This document shows, in pieces, positions 52,040 through 60,023 of a stretch of DNA of 64,000 nt. A program made the position numbers and the translations under genes. Each line of letters begins with the position of its first letter. Within the stretch, counting starts at the first letter, position 1. Below the pieces are notes generated by a model, which saw nothing but the letters and a program-made list of their open reading frames with translations, made no database searches and was not told the origin of the DNA. This DNA comes from Bacteroidales bacterium (GTDB taxonomy: Bacteria > Bacteroidota > Bacteroidia > Bacteroidales > UBA10428). The DNA lies in assembly GCA_041737175.1 (NCBI GenBank), contig JBGSSF010000033.1:8849-72848 (forward strand). Reading direction: 5' to 3'.

Positions 52040-53287
52040 ATGAAAATTGAAAAATACTCCTTCGGAACAGGCGACCGCTTTGGAAAAGAAGGCCTTGCCC
52101 AATTACAGGCCATACAGGATATCAACCGCCTCGGGATACCGGTGGTGCCTGTCTGGAACAAGTCCAACCGGGAGCATTCCATTATACATTCCGTTCCTTC
52201 CGATGTAAAGCAGGAAGCGGCCACAGCAGTTGCAGAAGGCAGGTATACCGGCAATTACTATGTTGATGCGGATCATATCAATATGGATACGGTGGACAGA
52301 TTTGTCAGCAGCAGCAATTTCTTTACCATTGATGTGGCGCATTTCATTGGCAGGAAAGCATCACAGGAAGCCATTGCTGATTTTCAAACAAGGTACTCGA
52401 AATACCTGGGTGATATGAGCATTCCGGGTATCGAACAAAAGCTGAATGTCACCGCCGGCTTTTTGACTCACCTTGCCGAAGACTATCTTGTAGCCATTGC
52501 GGAAGTAAAAAAGATCTATGATCACATTTGCACGATTAAGGGTCAGTCAAACTTCGTAGCGGAAGTATCCGTTGACGAGGCAGAAATAGTGCAGGGGCCG
52601 CTGGAACTGTTTTTTATACTCGCTGAATTAAAAGAAAAGGGCGTGGAGGTTCAGACCATTGCACCCAAGTTCTCAGGCTTGTTTGCCAAGGGCGTCGATT
52701 ATATCGGAGACGTGCAGGGATTTGCCAGAGAATTTGAACAGGATGTAGCTGTAGTTAAGCATGCGGTAAAAGAACTGGGATTACCGGAAAGCCTCAAGTT
52801 AAGCGTGCACAGCGGCAGCGACAAGTTTTCGATTTATCCTGCCATCCGGGCGGCCATCCGGAAATTTGATGCAGGGATACATGTGAAAACAGCCGGCACA
52901 AACTGGCTGGAGGAAGTGATCGGACTGGCTGAAGCGGGTGATGACGGTCTTGAGATCGCCAGGGCTGTATACGCGAAATCCATGGATCGTTATGATGAAC
53001 TCACCGGACCCTATGCCACAGTATTAAACATAAACCGGCAATTGCTTCCGGAAGTTGCCACGGTAAATTCATGGAACAGCAAACAATTCAGTGAAGCACT
53101 TACACACGATCAAAGCTGCAAAAATTACAACCCGCATTTCAGGCAGCTGATCCATGTAGGATACAAGATTGCCGCGGAAATGGGAGATCGTTTTCTCTCA
53201 ACCCTGGATAAGCATCATGAGATCATTGCCGGCAAAGTGAAGTATAATTTGCTGGAGAGGCATCTGAAACCCTTGTTTAAAGCTTAA
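52040..53287 (+). CDS. uxaE: Tagaturonate/fructuronate epimerase family protein
   Basis: Start set at the ATG at 52040 (MKIEKYSFGTGDRFG). Collinear conserved blocks shared with Thermotoga-type UxaE: SFGTGDR, DADH, EVSVDE, LSVHSGSDKFSIYPA, HVKTAGTNWLE, RQLIHVGY. No signal peptide. Confidence 0.85.
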   Translation: MKIEKYSFGTGDRFGKEGLAQLQAIQDINRLGIPVVPVWNKSNREHSIIHSVPSDVKQEAATAVAEGRYTGNYYVDADHINMDTVDRFVSSSNFFTIDVAHFIGRKASQEAIADFQTRYSKYLGDMSIPGIEQKLNVTAGFLTHLAEDYLVAIAEVKKIYDHICTIKGQSNFVAEVSVDEAEIVQGPLELFFILAELKEKGVEVQTIAPKFSGLFAKGVDYIGDVQGFAREFEQDVAVVKHAVKELGLPESLKLSVHSGSDKFSIYPAIRAAIRKFDAGIHVKTAGTNWLEEVIGLAEAGDDGLEIARAVYAKSMDRYDELTGPYATVLNINRQLLPEVATVNSWNSKQFSEALTHDQSCKNYNPHFRQLIHVGYKIAAEMGDRFLSTLDKHHEIIAGKVKYNLLERHLKPLFKA

Positions 53288-55256
53288 CCAGCTTATTCAC
53301 GGCAATTAACCTGTCACTTTCTACAATATGAAGAAAGTATATACCTGAAGGCAGGTCAGAAATATTCAGGTCCTTTTCCGTAAAAATGCGTGTCTCCATG
53401 CGAATTCTGCCTGTATTGTCAATGATCCTGGCATATAAGGGATCGTTTGTCCTGCTGGAAATAAAGAGAAAATCATGTACCGGGTTGGGATATATCCGGA
53501 TATCCCGGATTGGGTTTATAAAATCCGTACGGTACGAAAAATAGGATTCTTCAAAAACCCTGGCAGTATCCAGATTGGCAATATGAATATTGTCGAACCA
53601 CAAATCCTTACCTGACAGGCTTTGCTGCTCCGATACGATTTCCACCCTGTCAATGGCCTTCCAGTCGAATTTACCCTCAGGATTGTACCAGGTATTGTTA
53701 TCCCATGACCCCTGTTCCGTAAAACTGCTCAAGGGGATATGGAAATGATGCCATCGACCGTCAAAAGTGGAATTTGTTCCGTTGAAAGTGTAGCGCATTC
53801 GCCAGGGATGATCGGCAGGATCCGTTGTTTTGGTATCCATGAACCTGATATCGAAACTGATGGAAGATGAACTTCCCCGCAGCATCAGGTCGAGTGAATA
53901 ACCTTCACTGACAAGTCGCGACAGGTCTTTATCCGGCTGAAAATCAAATCCGACCGTATTGTATTGCGCGGCCCCGCTCCAGGAAAGGCAGTAGTTGTCG
54001 TTGTTGGGTTTGCCTGTGGAATAAAAGCTGAGAACGTGGCTGCCATAGCCTGATTCAAATATCCGGCTGCCGATATAGTCGGTGTAAAGCATAAAACCCA
54101 CGCTGTCTGCCTTCTGAACATAAATCGTTTGTTCCGGTATATTCATTCCCAGAGAATCGAGAAGGGGAACGTTCAGATCATGGTCAAACATCCCGTTCCC
54201 GTCTTCCTCGAACAGGCCGAATCCACCGTGATAATCCCAGACAGTCCAGGCGATCCCGTTTTCCTCGAGGTATTTTCGCACGATACTATACCAATAGTTA
54301 CGGGAATAATTGTTGCTGTTGGGAATGTACACGCCGAATTCTCCGCAATAAACCGGAACATTCTTGGCATTTTTAAACTGTATGGCAATGTCTAACCATG
54401 ATTTTACCCTGGCTGCCGTGCCCTGGTTCTGGTAATCATTAAAGTTTTGCTGTATCCAGGTTCCGTTCAGGCTTGAAGGAAAGACCGGCATACTGTCGGG
54501 ATGGTAAGGGAAAGGGACGCCGCTTAATGGTACCATGGAAGGATCAACCCAGCTTGCACCCTGGTGGGTGAAGATAAATGGATCATAGTAGTGGAATGTG
54601 TAAATCAGCTTGCTGTCGGTATAAACCGGCATGTCGTCGAGATTGTTGTAACTGTTCCAACCGGCCGGTCCGATAACAATAAAATGTTTTGTATCCACTT
54701 CACGGATCGCTTCGATGACCTGCTGCTGAATCGTATTCCACAAGTTATCGCTGATCCCGTGGGGTTCATTCAACACTTCATAATAAAGCAATTCAGTAGC
54801 ATCTTTATAATGAGAGGCCATTTGCGTCCACACCTTTTCCAGGACAGGGCCGATATCGGGATCTGTGTCTGAAGTAACATCAAAGGTGTGGTTATCCAGG
54901 ATCAGATGTATCTCCAGCTCTTCAGCCCAGCTGACAACTTCATCCAGAAATTCATAAAACAAGGGTTCAATAATATAATCGGGTGCCCCCCTGGTCATAT
55001 AATGCAGATTGATAGGCAGGCGGATCACATCGCAACCCAGACTTTTTATCTGTTCGAAGTCAGTTTTTGTATACCGGGTAAACTGGATCTGACCGGCGCC
55101 GGAGACCTGGAACCAGCCTGTGAGGTTAACACCGCGGTGAAAAGGGACTTCCTGGGATTGGAGGGGATAGGAGATGGATATCAGCAATAGCCAGAGCAGG
55201 GACAAAAGACCACCTCGCGACAGTCTCTTGCCGAAGAGATTGGCAGAATAAAGCAT
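53277..55256 (-). CDS. GH5-family glycoside hydrolase (cellulase/mannanase-type) with a C-terminal beta-sandwich region and a T9SS sorting domain
   Basis: Signal peptide. GH5 blocks RGVNLTGWF, VIRLPI, ILDNHTF, acid/base YEVLNEPHG, nucleophile VYCGEFG. C-terminal T9SS type-A CTD (IYPNPVHDFLFI...GIYFLHIV...KLVKL). The 3' end overlaps uxaE by 11 nt. Confidence 0.85.
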   Translation of the reverse strand: MLYSANLFGKRLSRGGLLSLLWLLLISISYPLQSQEVPFHRGVNLTGWFQVSGAGQIQFTRYTKTDFEQIKSLGCDVIRLPINLHYMTRGAPDYIIEPLFYEFLDEVVSWAEELEIHLILDNHTFDVTSDTDPDIGPVLEKVWTQMASHYKDATELLYYEVLNEPHGISDNLWNTIQQQVIEAIREVDTKHFIVIGPAGWNSYNNLDDMPVYTDSKLIYTFHYYDPFIFTHQGASWVDPSMVPLSGVPFPYHPDSMPVFPSSLNGTWIQQNFNDYQNQGTAARVKSWLDIAIQFKNAKNVPVYCGEFGVYIPNSNNYSRNYWYSIVRKYLEENGIAWTVWDYHGGFGLFEEDGNGMFDHDLNVPLLDSLGMNIPEQTIYVQKADSVGFMLYTDYIGSRIFESGYGSHVLSFYSTGKPNNDNYCLSWSGAAQYNTVGFDFQPDKDLSRLVSEGYSLDLMLRGSSSSISFDIRFMDTKTTDPADHPWRMRYTFNGTNSTFDGRWHHFHIPLSSFTEQGSWDNNTWYNPEGKFDWKAIDRVEIVSEQQSLSGKDLWFDNIHIANLDTARVFEESYFSYRTDFINPIRDIRIYPNPVHDFLFISSRTNDPLYARIIDNTGRIRMETRIFTEKDLNISDLPSGIYFLHIVESDRLIAVNKLVKL

Positions 55257-55285
55257 GCAATATCAGTTTTAAGGTTCTACGACCT

Positions 55286-56491
55286 CTAAGTTAATAAAAA
55301 TTCCCTGGGTACATCTTTCAGCCTGGCGATATTCCGGATCCTGTCCTTCACATCAAAGCCCGAAGCGCAGTTGACCTGGCATACATCGCACTGTTCACAC
55401 GGTTTGCCGGATAAATCAGCCAGGTTGAGGGTTTGCTGCGCATGATCAAGATTTCTGTATCCGTAGGCATACATAAAACTTCGCATAATGGTGGGAATAT
55501 CGAGGCCATGCGGACACTGACTGCTGCACTTCCTGCACTGCAGGCAGTAAAGGCTTTGTCCGGCTTGCGCCAGTTTTAAATCCTTCAGTTCGTCATCCGT
55601 GATTTTAAGATCCCCCATCATGGTTATATTATGCTGCAATTCCTCGAAGTTGGTCATGCCTGACATCAGGGTATGAACATTTTCATTTTGGGCTACCCAT
55701 TTAAGTGCTGCTTTTGAACTGATCGGTTCTGTACGGTTCTGATCCCAAAAGCCGCCTGCCATTGTCTTCATGGCAATGATACCCAGGCCGGTTGATGCGC
55801 CGTATTGAACGGCTTCATTCACCTCCTGCAATTTCTGGAGCCGGAAATTGTAAGCTGCCATGGCCACATCATAAATACCTGTGTCTGCAGCAGCACGGAT
55901 GGCTTCATCCACATAGCTGTGCGTTGCAATACCTATGAAACGCGCCTTGCCGCTCTTTTTAAAATCCTCCATCACCCTGAGCAGGGGTTCGAAAAACACC
56001 GATTCACGTTTGGCTGCAAAGGGTAAAAAGAGAATATCCAGGTAGTCGACTCCGAGACGCTTCATGCTGTTCTCGATATCACTCTTAAAATCAGATCCGG
56101 CATTCGGATCAGTAAAAACTCCCTTCTGATGATCTGTTCCTTTGGGCATGGAACTGGTGGCAATCAGGTAGGATTCCCTGGGGAGGTTTTTGAGCACTCC
56201 TCCGAGCATGGTTTCGTTGTTGCCGTTTCCATAGTAAGTGGAGGTTCCCAGCAACCTGACACCCTTTTCCAGGGCAGCCTGAACCAGAGCGGGATTGTTG
56301 GTGTCCCCGGTTCCCATGCTCAACAGGGGAATCTTCAGGCCGGTTTTACCAAGTGTTCTTAAAGGCATTGCCAGAGAAGGATCAGCAGCGGATTGCGGGG
56401 CAAAAGCTTTTAACGATCCGGGGACCAGGACTGTTCCTGAAAGCCCCAGGATACTTTTTTTCAGAAAATCACGTCGATGATTGGGTTTCAT
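55286..56491 (-). CDS. TAT-exported aldo/keto reductase fused to a C-terminal 2x[4Fe-4S] ferredoxin-like domain
   Basis: Twin-arginine leader HRRDFLKKSILGLSG. AKR core (GTSTYYGNGNNE, LDILFLPF). Two ferredoxin Cys motifs: CLQCRKCSSQCP and CEQCDVCQVNC. Confidence 0.8.
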   Translation of the reverse strand: MKPNHRRDFLKKSILGLSGTVLVPGSLKAFAPQSAADPSLAMPLRTLGKTGLKIPLLSMGTGDTNNPALVQAALEKGVRLLGTSTYYGNGNNETMLGGVLKNLPRESYLIATSSMPKGTDHQKGVFTDPNAGSDFKSDIENSMKRLGVDYLDILFLPFAAKRESVFFEPLLRVMEDFKKSGKARFIGIATHSYVDEAIRAAADTGIYDVAMAAYNFRLQKLQEVNEAVQYGASTGLGIIAMKTMAGGFWDQNRTEPISSKAALKWVAQNENVHTLMSGMTNFEELQHNITMMGDLKITDDELKDLKLAQAGQSLYCLQCRKCSSQCPHGLDIPTIMRSFMYAYGYRNLDHAQQTLNLADLSGKPCEQCDVCQVNCASGFDVKDRIRNIARLKDVPREFLLT

Positions 56492-56643
56492 TTTGGGTAT
56501 TTTTTTGGGTAATGAGAAATTCTGGCTAAACGAAGTTTGTTTAAAAGTGTTGGAAATTTACTAAACATTGCCGGATTGATGTTTTTTATATCACGAGTAT
56601 TTTGTTAAAGGATAGTTAAATCTTTGAATCAATTGTAATAATT

Positions 56644-56702
56644 CAGCCCGCTTCGGGGCTGATATATCTGGGGTTTGTTTTACCGTGGGCTTCACCCACG
56701 GT
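56644..56702. repeat. Copy D of the hairpin-module family
   Basis: Hairpin CAGCCC-GCTTCG-GGGCTG, followed by GATATATCTGGGGTTTG (compare 3467-3481), then an 8-bp hairpin ACCGTGGG-CTTCA-CCCACGGT followed by TATTGAAAA (compare CTATTGATAA at 3506). Confidence 0.6.
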
Positions 56703-56796
56703 TATTGAAAATAAATCCCTTTCGGAATTAAAAAAATACCCAAATGATTTTTACCAGTGAGCATTTGTGTCGTATCATTGGTAAAAATAACAGCCT

Positions 56797-57384
56797 TTGG
56801 AGTCTTTAACAGTTAACATTCATAAAGGCACTAGTGATGAAAAACTGGTTGAAATGACTATTAATGGTAATACATTGGCCTTCAGGATGCTCATAGAAAA
56901 ACACAGCGGTTATGTGGCGGGCATAGCTTCGCGGTTTCTGCTCAGCCATGAAGATACCCGCGATGTGGTGCAGGATACTTTTATCAGGATATGGAAACAT
57001 CTGGGCAGTTATGATAAACGTTCTCTATTTACAACCTGGCTCTATGCGATTGCTTTTAATCTATGCCTGGACAAGCTTCGGATTAACCGCAGAAGAATGG
57101 AGATCAGCCTGACAGAGGAACATATGAATGAACCCGGAAGAAAGACCGATACAGAGAACACATCGCAAAACATGGACTCCGGAACTATTTCAAGGGCCAT
57201 TGGCATGTATTCGGAAAAATTAAGTGCCATTCAGAAACAGGTATTTGTTTTAAGGGACCTGCAGGATCTTCCTGTGGATGAAGTATGCAGGATAACAGGT
57301 TATGATACGGATAAGGTAAAATCCAATCTCTATCATGCCAGGAAATTCATGCGTGAAAAATTACTGAAGGGAGGATATTTATGA
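56797..57384 (+). CDS. ECF-type RNA polymerase sigma-70 family factor
   Basis: Region 2 (DVVQDTFIRIWKHL, FTTWLYAIAFNLCLDKLR) and region 4 (QKQVFVLRDLQDLPVDEVCRITGYDTDKVKSNLYHARKFM). A TTG start is needed to retain the conserved N-terminal SDEKLVE...GN..AF segment. Confidence 0.85.
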   Translation: MESLTVNIHKGTSDEKLVEMTINGNTLAFRMLIEKHSGYVAGIASRFLLSHEDTRDVVQDTFIRIWKHLGSYDKRSLFTTWLYAIAFNLCLDKLRINRRRMEISLTEEHMNEPGRKTDTENTSQNMDSGTISRAIGMYSEKLSAIQKQVFVLRDLQDLPVDEVCRITGYDTDKVKSNLYHARKFMREKLLKGGYL

Positions 57385-58007
57385 AATGCAAGGAAATAGA
57401 GCCTCTTATATACCTGATAAGGGAAGGAGAGCTTTCAGCAAGTGAAAAAACAGAACTCGAAAGACACCTGGTTTTTTGTGAAAACTGCAGAAACCTTTAT
57501 GATTCGGTAAACAGGATGACTACGCTGATCGGACAAATTAATTTCAGATCCGGGAGGGAATCTGGTGAGGAAATGACAGGAACCATTATGGACAGGATTG
57601 AAAAATTAAAGGTGGGGGGAAAGAATAGTGGTCATTCCAATGGATATGACCTTTTATTGAAGGTTGTGGCTGCTTCATTGTTGCTGTTCATGATCTTAAG
57701 TTTTATAAGGGAGCAGACCAGTTTTAACAGTCAGAAATCAGCCATGCAAGCACGCCTGGAAGAATCCGCCATTCTTGCAGGAAATGAAGATCCGGCTGTT
57801 GATTGCATCCAGGAACTGGAAAGAAAGATCAGGATCAGCAAACGATCTTCCTTTCTTCAGGCCGATATGACAGCCTTCAACCCGGTGAATGAAGATCAGC
57901 TGGCCCAATATATCCATGAGATATGCGGACAGAAAACCGGAAATGTTAATCGCATGAAGCAAATGCTTCAACAGGCCGGCATATTGACAAATTCCACAAC
58001 AAATTAA
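57381..58007 (+). CDS. Anti-sigma factor (zf-HC2 type, single-pass membrane protein)
   Basis: ATGA overlap with the sigma gene. H-x3-C-x2-C motif (HLVFCENC) and one TM helix (LLLKVVAASLLLFMILSFI). Confidence 0.75.
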   Translation: MKCKEIEPLIYLIREGELSASEKTELERHLVFCENCRNLYDSVNRMTTLIGQINFRSGRESGEEMTGTIMDRIEKLKVGGKNSGHSNGYDLLLKVVAASLLLFMILSFIREQTSFNSQKSAMQARLEESAILAGNEDPAVDCIQELERKIRISKRSSFLQADMTAFNPVNEDQLAQYIHEICGQKTGNVNRMKQMLQQAGILTNSTTN

Positions 58008-58017
58008 ACAGACACCC

Positions 58018-59148
58018 ATGAAAAAGATTTTTTTTATTTTCAGAAGCCGTTATCTGGCTTTTTCAATGCTATTGATTCTGGCAGGTTCGTGCTTGGATTA
58101 TACCGTGAAAACCAAAGTGAACAAAGACGGATCCATTTACCGGGAATACCTGGTGAGGGGAGACTCTGCCGATGTTTTCAAGGGTTCATTGAGAATACCA
58201 TCGGATAATCTATGGCGGGTTAGTCATATATATGATCATAAGGACAAGAACGACTCTGCTTCCGAAAAGTCGCAATATGTTTATAAGGCTTCCAGAACCT
58301 TTAAAAATCTTCATGAACTGAACGATTGGTTGGCATCCGACACTTCCCGGAAAACGGAAAAAGCCCAGGTAAGCCTGAAAAGAAGTTTTCGGTGGTTCTA
58401 TACGTATTATGATTACAGAGAAACGTTTCCCATGTCGTTTCCATTCCAAAGAATCCCGGTGGACAGTTTCCTGACGGATCTGGAGCAAGCAATGGTCATC
58501 TATGATACAAAGGTGGCATATTCTCCGGCAGAAAGAAAAATGATATGGAAAAAAGATACAGTAGATTTTCATTACAGTCCGGAGGACAGCCTCGAAATGA
58601 AGAGGATCTCTGAACAAGTCAATGAAAAAATGCTCCGTTGGATGACATCCTCTTTCGTTGAGGAGTTCATCAGTTTGCTGGAAGCTGATTTTAGCGACTA
58701 TAAAGCCACAAAGCCAATTCGTCAAAATGCGGATCAGTTTGCAGATGTCGTTTTTAAGAAGAAGGCTTTTGATGACTTTGATTCCCTGGATATCCAATTA
58801 TTTATTGTCACAGGCGATTCTTTAATTGGTACAGATGATTTAACAGAACTTTACACCGGCAACCCGGCTGCTTTTGTGCCTTTAAACGAAAAACTGGAAC
58901 AATTGGATTTCCTGGAAAATACGGATGATTATTTCCAAAGCCTAACCATGCCCGGAACTGTTTTTTCGACCAATGCGGATGAAGTCAGAGGAACAACATT
59001 AAATTGGGATTTTGAACCGGAAAGCTTTATGATGAAAGATTATGTAATGCTCGCTTCCTCGCGTACCGTAAATCCCTGGATCATGGCAGTGACCGGAGTT
59101 CTGGCAGTATTCCTCATGGTGGTTCTACTATTGAGGCGAAAGAAATAA
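58018..59148 (+). CDS. Hypothetical lipoprotein with a C-terminal TM anchor, third gene of the ECF module
   Basis: Lipobox LILAGSC, a ~330-aa domain I do not recognise, then a C-terminal TM (WIMAVTGVLAVFLMVVLLL) followed by RRKK. Lies 10 nt downstream of the anti-sigma gene. Confidence 0.55.
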   Translation: MKKIFFIFRSRYLAFSMLLILAGSCLDYTVKTKVNKDGSIYREYLVRGDSADVFKGSLRIPSDNLWRVSHIYDHKDKNDSASEKSQYVYKASRTFKNLHELNDWLASDTSRKTEKAQVSLKRSFRWFYTYYDYRETFPMSFPFQRIPVDSFLTDLEQAMVIYDTKVAYSPAERKMIWKKDTVDFHYSPEDSLEMKRISEQVNEKMLRWMTSSFVEEFISLLEADFSDYKATKPIRQNADQFADVVFKKKAFDDFDSLDIQLFIVTGDSLIGTDDLTELYTGNPAAFVPLNEKLEQLDFLENTDDYFQSLTMPGTVFSTNADEVRGTTLNWDFEPESFMMKDYVMLASSRTVNPWIMAVTGVLAVFLMVVLLLRRKK

Positions 59149-59151
59149 TCG

Positions 59152-59823
59152 CTATTTCTTATACTTTTTGGCTATTTCAAGTACTTTTTTACAGGTGTCT
59201 GTAATTTGACCGAAATCACCGCTTTCAATCCATGATTTTACGAAGAGCTGCGAGCCCATGCCTACACAGGCTGCTCCTGCCTGAAACCAGGCCTTTAGAT
59301 TCTCTTCAGAGGTGTCAACGCCACCGGTTGGCATGATATGTGTCCAAGGCATCGGACCTTTCATAGCTTCAATGAACTTTGGTCCGCCCACCTGGCTCCC
59401 CGGAAATATTTTAACGATCTCGGCACCGAGCTCTTCAGCCCGGGAGATTTCCGATATCGATCCGCATCCGGGAGACCAGAGAATCTTACGCCGGTTGCAT
59501 ACTTTGGCCATATCCTCATTCAGAACCGGCGATACAATAAAAGCAGCTCCCAGCTGGATATAGAGGGAAGCTGTCCCTGCTTCCACAACCGAACCCGCAC
59601 CCATGATCATCCCGGGCAATTCCTGGGCAGCATACTTGTTCAGATCTCTGAAAACCTCATGGGCGAAATCGCCCCGGTTGGTGAATTCAAAAACCCTGAT
59701 GCCGCCTTCATAACAGGCTTTCAGCACGTTTTTACAGGTCATCAGATCTTTGTGATAAAACACAGGTATAATACCTGTTTCTAGCATGGTGGTGGCTACC
59801 TGGAGACGGGAGAAGAGGGGCAT
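59152..59823 (-). CDS. eda: 2-dehydro-3-deoxyphosphogluconate / 4-hydroxy-2-oxoglutarate aldolase
   Basis: 223 aa. Typical Eda blocks GIIPVFYH, GIRVFEFTNR, VSPVLN, the Schiff-base Lys context (VKIFPG), and MPTGGV. Confidence 0.88.
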   Translation of the reverse strand: MPLFSRLQVATTMLETGIIPVFYHKDLMTCKNVLKACYEGGIRVFEFTNRGDFAHEVFRDLNKYAAQELPGMIMGAGSVVEAGTASLYIQLGAAFIVSPVLNEDMAKVCNRRKILWSPGCGSISEISRAEELGAEIVKIFPGSQVGGPKFIEAMKGPMPWTHIMPTGGVDTSEENLKAWFQAGAACVGMGSQLFVKSWIESGDFGQITDTCKKVLEIAKKYKK

Positions 59824-59851
59824 AGCAGTATGATTTAAGTTTGCAGTTTGA

Positions 59852-60023
59852 GGTTGTATGTTGTATGTTGTGGTTGTTGTGATTGTTGTGGTTGTTGTGA
59901 TTGTTGTGGTTGTTGTGGTTGTTGTGATTGTTGTGGTTGTTGTGATTGTTGAAATGGTTATACCTACAGCCTATAGCCTATAGCCTATAGCCTATAGCCT
60001 ATAGCCTATAGCCTATAGCCTAT
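59852..60023. repeat. Composite tandem array: ~10 x 9-mer TGRTTGTTG followed by 8 x heptamer CCTAYAG
   Basis: 59871-59951 holds nine exact-length 9-mers alternating TGGTTGTTG/TGATTGTTG, preceded by degenerate units from 59852. 59963-60018 holds CCTACAG then 7 x CCTATAG, and a partial unit supplies the kdgK stop codon (CTA at 60020-60022). On the transcribed strand this reads (CTATAGG)n(CAACAAYCA)n. Confidence 0.95.

Noticed and set aside
51532-52254. 240-aa minus-strand ORF spanning the Gfo/Idh/MocA to uxaE junction.
   Set aside because: It is antisense to two well-supported genes, crosses their intergenic gap, and has no recognisable domain.
58210-58797. 195-aa minus-strand ORF inside the 58018-59148 hypothetical gene. 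A 148-aa plus-strand ORF at 59338-59784 lies inside eda.
   Set aside because: The first is antisense to a gene that is operon-packed with the sigma/anti-sigma pair. The second is antisense to a clearly conserved Eda. Neither has motif support.
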